Virus record (IMG/VR): IMGVR_UViG_3300044504_000033
Span: 10,103-74,102 of that record
From: a virus
Taxonomy: Duplodnaviria > Heunggongvirae > Uroviricota > Caudoviricetes
Length of the DNA stretch: 64,000 nucleotides
Strand: one strand, 5' to 3'
The position numbers were made by a program, and so were the translations under genes. The notes under the pieces were generated by a model, which was given only the letters and a program-made list of their open reading frames with translations, did not search any database and had not been told where the DNA came from. The number at the start of each line of letters is the position of its first letter. The first letter of the stretch is position 1. This document shows positions 39,999-48,918 of this stretch, piece after piece.

Positions 39999-40559
39999 TT
40001 ATATGGAAATGGTCAGTAAGACAGCCACAGTTGTTGCCCCTTCTACGAGATCCTTCTTGGTCCTTGCGGTGAAGATAGCAGTTTGCTGTTGAATGGCAGC
40101 AGCCTTACCGAGGCCGATGATGTCATTACCAGTGAGGTGTATAGTTGTATTGTCCTTGAGAATCCAATCGGTCTCAAAATCTCCACCAGCACTTCTCGCT
40201 GCTAGAACAAGAGTAACCGCACCTGAAATACGATTGATTGAGAGAGCATCACTATCAAAGATGAATCCGTTGAAGGTGATACCAGAGAGACATTCTGCCT
40301 CATACGCCTCATTAATTTTTCTGAGAACCTGACTCCTGACGATCTCAATATCAAGAGGCTTCTGCAACCAAGTCTGCGTATTACCCGTAGGGGTGCCCTC
40401 AATGACCCGAAAACCAGCGTCTGCAGGAGGCATTAAGGCCTCTATTAAAGGTGCATATCCAAGATCAGACAAATCAGCTCCTTCACGAATCGACATACCC
40501 GGATTTTGAGCACGTACATTGGTAATTGTATGGACAATCCCATCTTTCACATATCTCAT
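39999..40559 (-). CDS. hypothetical protein, possibly fibre assembly/accessory
   Basis: 186 aa directly downstream of the 490-aa fibre-like gene. Confidence 0.3.
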   Translation of the reverse strand: MRYVKDGIVHTITNVRAQNPGMSIREGADLSDLGYAPLIEALMPPADAGFRVIEGTPTGNTQTWLQKPLDIEIVRSQVLRKINEAYEAECLSGITFNGFIFDSDALSINRISGAVTLVLAARSAGGDFETDWILKDNTTIHLTGNDIIGLGKAAAIQQQTAIFTARTKKDLVEGATTVAVLLTISI

Positions 40560-40569
40560 TATTGCATCC

Positions 40570-42042
40570 TTAGCTTATTGTATACTGATAAATTTTCGAG
40601 GTCTGGTCACCAACAAGAAATAACTTATCTTCTGCTGCGTTTAATGCCAGTCCATATGCTAATGTTTCGCCTGTTGGGATTGCCACAGGGGCACCATCGT
40701 ATGTGGCCGAACTCACTAACCAACCAGTTGATAGTGTATACTTGTGGATAGAACCACTCCCTAGACCGCACATATACAACGTCAAGCCATCTGAAGAGAT
40801 ATCAAGGCCTCTTGGAGATGGATCTTGAGAGCCGACATAGAGAGATATACCCGCATACGTGCAAGTAGACAGTGTGTATGGAGTTGTCAGTGTATACTGG
40901 TAGATAGTTCCAGAACTACCACCGACCATATATAATTTAGTGCCATCTGTGTTATATTTCAGTTCTCTTGTGACAGGATCTTGCCCCACAACGGACAGTG
41001 AAACTGCGTTATCAGTTGCGGTAGTGATATCCCAGGCCGTAGACAGCACCCACTCTTGGAGTTCATCAACAAGCGAGTTCGTAAGTAGTAGACGAGTGCC
41101 GTCAGAACTAAACGTAAAACCATATATACCGTTGCTAGTTGCGCTAAAGTCTTTTGCTGCAACCCAACTCACACTCGTTATGTCCCATGCAGGTGACATT
41201 GAACACTCATCTATCATCTTGTTATCACGGATTATATATAACTTCAGCCCATCTGATTTTATATAAAGCCCGTTATATGCACCTGAGGATGGTACCAATG
41301 ACCAGTATATGCCGGAATATACAAGAGGGGGCGGTGGGGGTGGTGGGGGTGCAGAATTAGTCCCTGATAGCACAGCAGTGAATACCCCATCATCTGTATT
41401 GGAAGATGCCATTGTAGCGGTTATGGTGTATGCATTTCTTGTATCAGCAGTTGGTACCACTCTCGCACCAGATACATTTAAATATGTTTCAGATACTACA
41501 TCAAAGTCCTCAACAGTGTTTCCATATACAACAGTATCCGTTAATGAACCGAAGCTAATTGCAGAGTCCCATGGTCCTATATTAACGGTAGTAGGAAACG
41601 TTGTGGCAGTAAGCGCTGTGTAGTTATCATCAGAGTTGCTGAGAGTAACGTCACCTCCAATAACTCGGTACACGCCTATACCACCTCTCGCGGGGTTTGT
41701 ATTATTATATGTCACAACAATGGTTGCGGATGTGGCCGCCACTCCTGAAATCTTAAACAATCCAGCTGCCATTCTGCCTGTGGCTGCTCTGGTAAATAAC
41801 TCAGTCATTGAAACGCCGTCGAGGGTGATTCCTGTAATTCCTGCAGTGGTTCCAGTTACAGTTTGACCAACAGCGGCAATTATAATGGTGTCTATCGTTG
41901 CTGTACCACCAGTAGATACTCCTGTATATGTGTGAACCGCTCCATTGCCAGTATTGATAGCGTTTGTGATATATTCTAGGTATATATCCCCATTACCAAC
42001 CGGCGCAACTGGCGCTTTTCCAAGCATATTAGAAAGAAACAT
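40570..42042 (-). CDS. fibre / receptor-binding-like protein with polyproline linker and C-terminal beta-propeller-like YxYT repeats
   Basis: 490 aa; PPPPPPPPP (41326-41351); repeated ...KLYxx...G.IYQYTL / SIHKYTLS / KIYQYTIS blades. Confidence 0.4.
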   Translation of the reverse strand: MFLSNMLGKAPVAPVGNGDIYLEYITNAINTGNGAVHTYTGVSTGGTATIDTIIIAAVGQTVTGTTAGITGITLDGVSMTELFTRAATGRMAAGLFKISGVAATSATIVVTYNNTNPARGGIGVYRVIGGDVTLSNSDDNYTALTATTFPTTVNIGPWDSAISFGSLTDTVVYGNTVEDFDVVSETYLNVSGARVVPTADTRNAYTITATMASSNTDDGVFTAVLSGTNSAPPPPPPPPLVYSGIYWSLVPSSGAYNGLYIKSDGLKLYIIRDNKMIDECSMSPAWDITSVSWVAAKDFSATSNGIYGFTFSSDGTRLLLTNSLVDELQEWVLSTAWDITTATDNAVSLSVVGQDPVTRELKYNTDGTKLYMVGGSSGTIYQYTLTTPYTLSTCTYAGISLYVGSQDPSPRGLDISSDGLTLYMCGLGSGSIHKYTLSTGWLVSSATYDGAPVAIPTGETLAYGLALNAAEDKLFLVGDQTSKIYQYTIS

Positions 42043-42461
42043 TATGCATTTCCTCTATCTTGTCCATATAGTGTTGCCCCTGTTTTCCATATAGTAACCA
42101 CTTTCCATCCTGTCGTCGGTAGTACAGGTGCAACTCCCCCAATCCAAGTTATCGTTGGCCAAGTGATTGTATAAGCCGTTCCATCATCAATAGATAATGT
42201 TAGAGATTGTCCTGTAGTAAGTGATTCAGTGAACGTTGTATTAGCTGATAATATTTTCCATTGAATGGTGCCGTTAGCAGGATCGATTACGGTTCCGGTA
42301 AGATTATATACAGTCTCTACAGTCTCCTTAAAAGTCTGCTCACCGGTAAATGTTTGAGCGCCTGCGAGCTTGGCAGTGAGAGTGTCAAGGTCACTAAAAT
42401 TAGTGTCCACCTCAGCAGCCGTGAGAGGTGACCCTTTAACTGCCTGGTAGACTATTGTCAT
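42042..42461 (-). CDS. Ig-like / fibre-associated small structural protein (hypothetical)
   Basis: 139 aa, Thr/Gly-rich beta-strand pattern. Confidence 0.3.
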   Translation of the reverse strand: MTIVYQAVKGSPLTAAEVDTNFSDLDTLTAKLAGAQTFTGEQTFKETVETVYNLTGTVIDPANGTIQWKILSANTTFTESLTTGQSLTLSIDDGTAYTITWPTITWIGGVAPVLPTTGWKVVTIWKTGATLYGQDRGNA

Positions 42462-42473
42462 ATCGGGCTCCTA

Positions 42474-42926
42474 TTATTGTAGTTTGATTTTCCAGGTAAT
42501 ACCAAGAGTATCATTCGCGCCCTTGTTGATGACTGCAAATACGGTACGTGCAAGAAGAGTACCTGCTGAAACTGCATTGAAAATACCCGCTTCAGTGATT
42601 GCGCCTGTGGCCACGCCTGCACCGAAGGTTGCGACATACTGAACGGTATCGTTAGCCACCGTTGTGGTTACACGCGTTGCAGAGGTAAGTGCGACACGTC
42701 CTGCCTCAGTCCCCAGAGTGGTATTTGCACCTGCGGCGGCAACAGCACCAGTACCGAGAGCCACATGCGACATTACGGCGGTAGTTGCATCGATAAGACG
42801 ACTGGTGATAGCTGCGAGACCTACATTTACGACGAGGTTGTGCTCTTTAGTCTCTTTAACGTTGCCATGCTCATCCTTGAGGACAAACGATACGGTACCG
42901 GTTGCACTTACATTATCTTTAATCAT
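42474..42926 (-). CDS. hypothetical structural protein (150 aa, Ala/Thr/Gly-rich)
   Basis: ORF in the fibre module. Confidence 0.3.
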   Translation of the reverse strand: MIKDNVSATGTVSFVLKDEHGNVKETKEHNLVVNVGLAAITSRLIDATTAVMSHVALGTGAVAAAGANTTLGTEAGRVALTSATRVTTTVANDTVQYVATFGAGVATGAITEAGIFNAVSAGTLLARTVFAVINKGANDTLGITWKIKLQ

Positions 42927-42935
42927 TGGATTATC

Positions 42936-44633
42936 CTAAAAGGTTGTGTATACACCGGCGTAACCGGGTTCTACATAAGAGTCAGAACAGTAAGTATTCA
43001 TATGAACAATACCGGCTTCTGATAAGATTACATTTTCCGATGAAATCACCGTAGGCTTGATTGAAATATTCTCAGTCGAAGCTATGGTCTCATTGAATAT
43101 CGTGTTAAACAGCATCGAGAGTACTTCTGATAAGATTACATTTTCCGATGAAATCACTGTAGGCTTGATTGAGATATTCTCAGTCGAAGCTATGGTCTCA
43201 TTGAATATCGTATTAAACAGCATTGAGAGTACTTCTGATAAGATTACATTTTCTGATGAAATCACCGTAGGCTTGATTGAAATATTCTCAGTCGAAGCTA
43301 TGGTCTCATTGAATATCGTGTTAAACAGCATCGAGAGTACTTCTGATAAGGTTGTGGTATCAGCTCTCCCTGTGGTCACATCTAGCGCAATAGTCTCCAG
43401 TGTTACGGCAAGTTCTGAAAGACTTTTTCCTACGTGCGCGTATTGTTGATCATCAATACCTCCAAGGAAGTCATCAAGGACATCCAATTGGTCAAGGATA
43501 TCTTGAGCGGTCACCACGCCTGTGAACACTTCTTCTGATGTTGTGATCACATCTGATGGACTTATATTGATGGTCAGACCGAGCAGCTCACTCACGATTG
43601 CGATATCAGTGGTATACTTTCCATTGACCTTCAAAAGGGCTTCTGTAAGAGTGCTTGCATCAATGACACCCTTATCATTACTGAAAGTCATAGTGTCACT
43701 GTGGCTACAACTTTCGATAAACTGCTTGGTGGTCGTCAAAGCAACTACATCGCTATTATTGAAGACATCCTCGAGATATGTGCTGCAAATAAACTCAAGA
43801 GTCTCCACAACACTACCTGTATCAAGGAGCATCTTACCAATCTGCGCATACTGTTGGTCATCAATACCTCCGAGGAAGTCATCAAGGGCATTAATCTGCT
43901 CATTGAAGTTCTTCATCAGGGATAATGTAGCGGTATCTGAAGCACTCAAGGACTCCTCTTGAACACCACGAAGAAATTCCAGACTTAAACTCTCAGTGAC
44001 TTGTGCGTTATCCTCTAGGTACTTTCCGGATACCATGATAAGAGCTTCCACCAAAGTGCCTGTGTCAAGCACTCCGGCTATGTTATCAAAGACCACAGTC
44101 TCGCTTGAAGAGGTTAGTTCAAGGAAGCTCTTTGTGGTGCTGAGAGCTACAAGATCACTATTGCTGAACGCGTCTTCAAGGTACTTATCACAGACCATTT
44201 CAAGAAGTTCCTGAGATGTGGTAGTGTCCAGCACCATCTTACCAATATGTGCGTATTGTTGGTCATCAATACCTCCTAGGAAGTCATCAAGGGCATCAAT
44301 CTGCTCAAGGAAAGCAAGCTGCACATCGAAAGACAGCTCATCAGAAACAGTATGTGCGTCTTGGGCTTGTTTTGAGAAGGTAAATAATAGTGTGTCAAGA
44401 ACGATTGGGTATTCAGCAAGCGCTTTAAAGAATGCTGGGTATGCGGTGGATAAGAAAGAGTTGCCATTCACATTGACATTTGCGATCTTACCCGCCTCAT
44501 TTCCGCTTAAGGTTGCATTTGAGGTATTAGTCACAAGTGTAGATACAGGACCTACTTTACTGCTCAGCGTAGGTGTATTTATTCTTGCGGTCAACTTTTC
44601 AATCGTGGTTAAAATCTCTTTCTTATCAGCCAT
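42936..44633 (-). CDS. repeat-rich fibre-like protein (565 aa) with three 36-aa tandem repeats and three ~135-aa repeats
   Basis: SEVLSMLFNTIFNETIASTENISIKPTVISSENVIL x3; LDDFLGGIDDQQYA(H/Q)IGK x3. Confidence 0.4.
   Translation of the reverse strand: MADKKEILTTIEKLTARINTPTLSSKVGPVSTLVTNTSNATLSGNEAGKIANVNVNGNSFLSTAYPAFFKALAEYPIVLDTLLFTFSKQAQDAHTVSDELSFDVQLAFLEQIDALDDFLGGIDDQQYAHIGKMVLDTTTSQELLEMVCDKYLEDAFSNSDLVALSTTKSFLELTSSSETVVFDNIAGVLDTGTLVEALIMVSGKYLEDNAQVTESLSLEFLRGVQEESLSASDTATLSLMKNFNEQINALDDFLGGIDDQQYAQIGKMLLDTGSVVETLEFICSTYLEDVFNNSDVVALTTTKQFIESCSHSDTMTFSNDKGVIDASTLTEALLKVNGKYTTDIAIVSELLGLTINISPSDVITTSEEVFTGVVTAQDILDQLDVLDDFLGGIDDQQYAHVGKSLSELAVTLETIALDVTTGRADTTTLSEVLSMLFNTIFNETIASTENISIKPTVISSENVILSEVLSMLFNTIFNETIASTENISIKPTVISSENVILSEVLSMLFNTIFNETIASTENISIKPTVISSENVILSEAGIVHMNTYCSDSYVEPGYAGVYTTF
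43018..43341. repeat. 108-bp tandem repeat x3 (near-identical copies) within the 565-aa gene
   Basis: Units start at 43018, 43126, 43234; 2-4 mismatches per unit. Confidence 0.9.
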
Positions 44634-44634
44634 G

Positions 44635-45222
44635 TCATGGTACCAATGCAGTCGGGCTATAGAGGATCTCGATAAAACCCCTCACAGGCTTCCAGGTACG
44701 TCGAAAGATTGGATTGGCAGGCTCTGTAACTCGCACCTCAAAGAAGCCATACACAGGATAGTTAGCGGTGGGTTGTACCGTCCAGGCAGGTGTCATAGAG
44801 ATGGTTTCAGGGAATTGCACATAGATAGTCCTTGGGTCATGCGCAACCCACAAAGGGTCTACGTCAGGTGTGGTCGCATCAACTCTAACAACGCCCGAGC
44901 TTAGCTTGTAATACAATGCATTGTAGAGGACAACATCCTCTTGATTATACGCTGTAGGAGCATCCCAATTGCCTGTATAGTTGGTGAAACGCACCACAAG
45001 AGATATGGTGTTACCGCCAACTTTAGCTGTCTCAGGTACAGCGCCGTCACCGAGGTTGTAGCCCTCAATAATGACAGCTTCAACATCGTATGTAGGTAAC
45101 GCCATGTCAATAAAGTTAAGCACAACAGGTAACTCAAGTTGCTCACCCTGTACCGTTGACCAGAGGACACTACCTGAATCACTTGTGAGTTCAGTGGAGA
45201 TATCCGAGATACGTGATCGCAT
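44635..45222 (-). CDS. hypothetical protein (195 aa)
   Basis: ORF between terminase and the fibre module. Confidence 0.35.
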   Translation of the reverse strand: MRSRISDISTELTSDSGSVLWSTVQGEQLELPVVLNFIDMALPTYDVEAVIIEGYNLGDGAVPETAKVGGNTISLVVRFTNYTGNWDAPTAYNQEDVVLYNALYYKLSSGVVRVDATTPDVDPLWVAHDPRTIYVQFPETISMTPAWTVQPTANYPVYGFFEVRVTEPANPIFRRTWKPVRGFIEILYSPTALVP

Positions 45223-45419
45223 TACGCCTCTCCACCCTTATCGAGGATTTCAATCTCGACATTCGTACTAAACTTCGCAGCATTGTCACTACCGCCGTGT
45301 TCGCGGAGAACCATTAGAGCATGGCCCTTAAGCGCCTCCAGTATCTTACCTTCTTGTTCGATTGAAGTGATTGCCAACCCATACATTGAGATGCCTACTT
45401 CGAGTGTAGTTATGTTCAA
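45222..45419 (-). CDS. hypothetical small protein (65 aa)
   Basis: Start overlaps the terminase stop (ATGA). Confidence 0.3.
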   Translation of the reverse strand: MNITTLEVGISMYGLAITSIEQEGKILEALKGHALMVLREHGGSDNAAKFSTNVEIEILDKGGEA

Positions 45420-46831
45420 AAGTTAAATCCTCGTTTGGTTCGTTTAATGCCTGCCAGAACAGGAAATAGATACTCAGTACCATAACGAATACCGTCAGAG
45501 AAATGCTCCACGCCAGCTGATTTGTCTATAGTGGCAATATCTGGGTTTCTGTCGGTCCATACAGTACGTTCTACTGAGGTTATCGCGCCTGCACATCTTG
45601 GATGGAAATACATGTCGATGTCACCGGCGGCAGTCATCAGTTTACGGTTGACGGCATTGGCACTATCTACAATGCCTGGAGAGGCTACATGTGCTCTTAC
45701 GTCCAAACCATGGCTACGTAGGATACTAAAATCAGTAGCCCCAACAGCCGCAGAGGTTTTTCGAGCGTTACCAGTAGGATCAGGGTATACATAAATCTTA
45801 TGTCCTTTATACTTCTCGACGATATACTTAGCAAGAGTTTCTGTGTCGGGATGTCCTTTCACTTCATCAAGGAAATGCATTTGATTGCCACGTAGAGCAA
45901 ACATCGTTGACGCTTGGATGCCCACGTTGAAGTCGATACATACATGAACATCTTCGCCCTTCACGCCAGCTTCAGGCTTTCTAAAGTCAGGTAAGTCTGT
46001 ACGTACGTGAATCTTTCTGTCGAAACAGTAGAAGACGCTATTGCCTGATTCCTCGAATGATGCGAGATACTCAGAAGCGAACCTTATTGGGTCCATCTTA
46101 TGGCGTAACTTCTCAATCTCTTCAGGTTCGAGTAAAGGAGACGCAAGGTAGTCATAATGATATGAACCCCAAGATGGATCTGTCTCTCGAAAGTTGAACA
46201 TATCATAAAAGTAATTGTAGCCTTTCGGAGTTCCTATCGTGAGTGAACGTCCCGGTGATGGTGCATTATACAACCGTGCACGTTTGGGTGACCATCTCGT
46301 GGCTATACAAGGCTCAATGATTGATTCCCATGCATCCTGCAGACCGACACCCTTGGTCCATGAGCAGGGTTCGTCATTGACAACAAAGTAAGCACCCTTT
46401 CCACGCATCCTCTCAATAGCTTCATAAGAAAGGAGTCTTAATTCGACGTTATCACCGAACCAGAAACGGCCCTTATCACGTGACGATTTAATAGCATACT
46501 CGCCAAGACCTAATTCATCATTAAGGAGGGGGTAGTAGATGTCTGTTACTTGTTCGTAAGTCGGCGCAATGATATACACATTCTTATTGGGCACTTTAGG
46601 TCGGAGTGTGATGAGTTCGCCGATGGCGGTGGCACCTGCAACTGCAGCAAGATGTGACTTACCCCACCCCCGAGAACAGTTGACAACGCCATGTCTAACT
46701 GTCTTCTTGACGAACATATCTTCGAACACCTCACTTTGACCTGCGTGAAGGTTAATGTCCATTAGACATTTTGTGCTTAAAGAAATCCTGTAGCGTAGCC
46801 AAATTGTGGAACGACTTACCACCATTAACAT
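45416..46831 (-). CDS. terminase large subunit
   Basis: 471 aa; Walker A-like NCSRGWGKSHLAA; C-terminal nuclease-like acidic motifs; upstream of structural genes. Confidence 0.85.
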   Translation of the reverse strand: MLMVVSRSTIWLRYRISLSTKCLMDINLHAGQSEVFEDMFVKKTVRHGVVNCSRGWGKSHLAAVAGATAIGELITLRPKVPNKNVYIIAPTYEQVTDIYYPLLNDELGLGEYAIKSSRDKGRFWFGDNVELRLLSYEAIERMRGKGAYFVVNDEPCSWTKGVGLQDAWESIIEPCIATRWSPKRARLYNAPSPGRSLTIGTPKGYNYFYDMFNFRETDPSWGSYHYDYLASPLLEPEEIEKLRHKMDPIRFASEYLASFEESGNSVFYCFDRKIHVRTDLPDFRKPEAGVKGEDVHVCIDFNVGIQASTMFALRGNQMHFLDEVKGHPDTETLAKYIVEKYKGHKIYVYPDPTGNARKTSAAVGATDFSILRSHGLDVRAHVASPGIVDSANAVNRKLMTAAGDIDMYFHPRCAGAITSVERTVWTDRNPDIATIDKSAGVEHFSDGIRYGTEYLFPVLAGIKRTKRGFNF

Positions 46832-47189
46832 GCACCATATAAGCTACCCGTTCCAATGAGGCTTTCTGCGCTTTAGAGAATGTCATTCCCTCATCTTCAT
46901 TGAGTAACACAAATATTGTCTTATCAGGGCGTCGGTGGCTGTCATCGATAGCCTCGGCTATGGCGTATACACCGAGTAACTTTGGAGTAATCACATAGAG
47001 GCAATAGTCAGAGATAGTCCGCTCCAGCACTTCACGTTCTTGTGCTTCCGAGTTCCAATTGTCAACAACCGGATTGAAAAAGGAGACACCTTCAATATTG
47101 GAATTGGTGAGTTCATCACGCCATTTGCTACCGTTACATGTACCACCCATGAATACTTTAATCATCTTCGTATACCTCTTCGATATCAT
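46752..47189 (-). CDS. nucleoside 2-deoxyribosyltransferase-like protein (hypothetical)
   Basis: 145 aa; N-terminal IKVFMGGTCNGSKWRDEL resembles the KIYLAGP...W pocket of that fold. Could alternatively be the small terminase. Confidence 0.3.
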   Translation of the reverse strand: MISKRYTKMIKVFMGGTCNGSKWRDELTNSNIEGVSFFNPVVDNWNSEAQEREVLERTISDYCLYVITPKLLGVYAIAEAIDDSHRRPDKTIFVLLNEDEGMTFSKAQKASLERVAYMVHVNGGKSFHNLATLQDFFKHKMSNGH

Positions 47190-47610
47190 CCTCGTGGCTA
47201 CTGAGGAGAAATGTTGAATTATCCTTATGAAGGTTTATTACCATGGGCATTCGCTTTTTCTCTTCGACGAGAATAGTGTTTGGCACTTTAGCATAACCGT
47301 ATGAAAGGAGATTTGCTGACACCTTCTCGATTTGTGAGAGGACACCTATGTGAGACATTGAGCTGTACCTGATAGTTTTTGACTCAATTGGTTCACCTAG
47401 GTCATCAAGGTAAACTGTGACGCTACCACTATCTCTCAACTCACACCAAAAAGTATCTTCGGCACATAAACGATTATAGAGCAACACCAATCTTTCGATA
47501 GGGTCAAACCCTAAATCACGCAATCTTTCGGCACTCTTACTAAACCCTGCTCGTCGCACTGAAGGGGCTAATGCGTAAGGCATCATTTTACTTATATCTG
47601 TATCTGCCAT
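47158..47610 (-). CDS. putative terminase small subunit (by position)
   Basis: 150 aa acidic C-terminus, first gene after a long structured leader, upstream of the large terminase. Confidence 0.3.
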   Translation of the reverse strand: MADTDISKMMPYALAPSVRRAGFSKSAERLRDLGFDPIERLVLLYNRLCAEDTFWCELRDSGSVTVYLDDLGEPIESKTIRYSSMSHIGVLSQIEKVSANLLSYGYAKVPNTILVEEKKRMPMVINLHKDNSTFLLSSHEDDIEEVYEDD

Positions 47611-48015
47611 ATATGGAACCTCGGCTGGTCTGTATGTTGTGCTAAATGCAAATAAGAAAAATCAGAAACTAAATTTCCCTCCGGGTACCTTGAAGTACTC
47701 GCGTAGTCCACGAAGTATTAAAAGTGTCTTCCCACTTAGCTCGAATGCCCCTCCGAGTTAACTTTCCACGGTTCAGCTTCATGGTGAATGTTTCATGATT
47801 TCTCGGCATGATGATCTTGAGAGGGCTTATTGGTTAATCTAGGTTATAATGATTATAATTATTGACTGATTAACCTCTTGAGAGACCCTCTGGGTACCTC
47901 TGAGGTACCCTCTATAGGTTTATCTCTTATACTTAATCACTATAACTGATACCATCTCAGTACCATCTTAGTACCCTTAAAGGTACCCCCTTAGGTTACC
48001 CCTTAGGTTATATTT
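47611..48015. promoter_or_regulatory. repeat-rich noncoding region (~400 bp): inverted repeat GGTTAATC/GATTAACC flanking AT-rich core, CTTGAGAG direct repeats, GGGTACC-N5-GGTACCC palindrome, TAGTACC/TAGGTTA repeats
   Basis: No ORF; repeats read directly; candidate packaging (pac/cos) or origin region adjacent to the terminase genes. Confidence 0.4.
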
Positions 48016-48052
48016 AAGGGAGGGACGGTCTCTAGGTTAATTTAACGGGGTC
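48016..48052. promoter_or_regulatory. class I motif site 4 with upstream GGGAGGGACGGTC box
   Basis: AAGGGAGGGACGGTCTCTAGGTTAATTTAACGGGGTC; upstream of the terminase region. Confidence 0.5.
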
Positions 48053-48089
48053 TCTGAATCGAATATGCGACATCCGTGTTAGTAATTTT

Positions 48090-48554
48090 TCAAACGGCTT
48101 CCAGCTGGTACAGCAACGTGGATTTCAACCACCCGCGGTGTGCCTCTTGTTCGGTGTCGTACTGTCCCACGTATGCCGTTTTATTACCGTGCTTTTTTAT
48201 TTGCGCGATCCACTTCCCCCTTCGTTTGCACCAGTAAATGCCTTTGTATCTTGAGCTTGAATTGTACTCAGCTTCATAGAGAGTGATCCTCTCGTCTAAG
48301 TCGATTTCTTTAAGATTTGCGAGGCTTATATTGCGGGGGTTGCCATCGATAAAGGTCACATCTAGAAAGCCATCAGGTTCATTATGGAGCAGCCATACGA
48401 TACGATGTAATTGCCTCAAACGACCCTCCCAGTAGACCACAGGCAGTCCCTCTTCGCCCAACAGGACACGGACCTCTGAGTTATACATAAGTAGCTTATC
48501 ACCCTCCATCCTGAATACTTCACGAATTTCTTTTACTAACAGTATGTCCTGCAT
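48090..48554 (-). CDS. HNH homing endonuclease with AP2 DNA-binding domain
   Basis: FIDGNPRNISLANL (HNH_3-type) plus YKGIYWCKRRGKWIAQIKKHGNKTAYVGQYDTEQEAHRGW (AP2-like). Confidence 0.65.
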   Translation of the reverse strand: MQDILLVKEIREVFRMEGDKLLMYNSEVRVLLGEEGLPVVYWEGRLRQLHRIVWLLHNEPDGFLDVTFIDGNPRNISLANLKEIDLDERITLYEAEYNSSSRYKGIYWCKRRGKWIAQIKKHGNKTAYVGQYDTEQEAHRGWLKSTLLYQLEAV

Positions 48555-48558
48555 GTTA

Positions 48559-48735
48559 TTACCTCATAATGAGTAGATAGATTATCCAAATGATAAGTAC
48601 GATGCCTGACGCTATCCCATTCATAACCATTGAAGCGACTCCGAATTTATCAGGTTCCACCACAAGATTCGCTATAAGAAATACCAGACCGGACAGTATG
48701 ATGATTGACAGTTTCCACAATGATATTGAAAGCAT
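48559..48735 (-). CDS. unlisted small membrane protein (58 aa, two TM) translationally coupled to HNH gene
   Basis: Manual translation MLSISLWKLSIIILSGLVFLIANLVVEPDKFGVASMVMNGIASGIVLIIWIIYLLIMR; RBS GGAGAA 5 nt upstream. Confidence 0.35.
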   Translation of the reverse strand: MLSISLWKLSIIILSGLVFLIANLVVEPDKFGVASMVMNGIASGIVLIIWIIYLLIMR

Positions 48736-48746
48736 GTGATTCTCCG

Positions 48747-48811
48747 AAAAAAAAAAAAAATAAGGGACACACTTCCAACACCACCCCGAAGGATGACGTT
48801 GGAAGTGTGTC
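48747..48811 (-). terminator. strong intrinsic terminator (minus strand): 14-bp perfect stem GACACACTTCCAAC/GTTGGAAGTGTGTC, 18-nt loop containing CCCCGAAGG, then CCTTA + U14
   Basis: Stem 48766-48779 / 48798-48811; A14 at 48747-48760 on plus strand. Confidence 0.6.
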
Positions 48812-48918
48812 GAAGATTGTTGTTGAGACTGAACGGCTTAGCTATGATACTACCAGGCCGTAATTTGAGTACATGCCACATAATGATTAGCTATACCTAC
48901 CTCGATATAATATCCAGG

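Noticed and set aside
43018-43341. Tandem 108-bp repeats considered as a possible CRISPR-like array
   Set aside because: Units are contiguous with no unique spacers, are in-frame within a long ORF (36-aa protein repeats), and no cas genes are present.
48672-48881. 69-aa minus ORF spanning the A14/hairpin terminator
   Set aside because: It reads through the poly-A tract (giving FFFF) and the terminator stem. A shorter, well-formed 58-aa membrane ORF with a proper RBS (48559-48735) explains the coding potential better.
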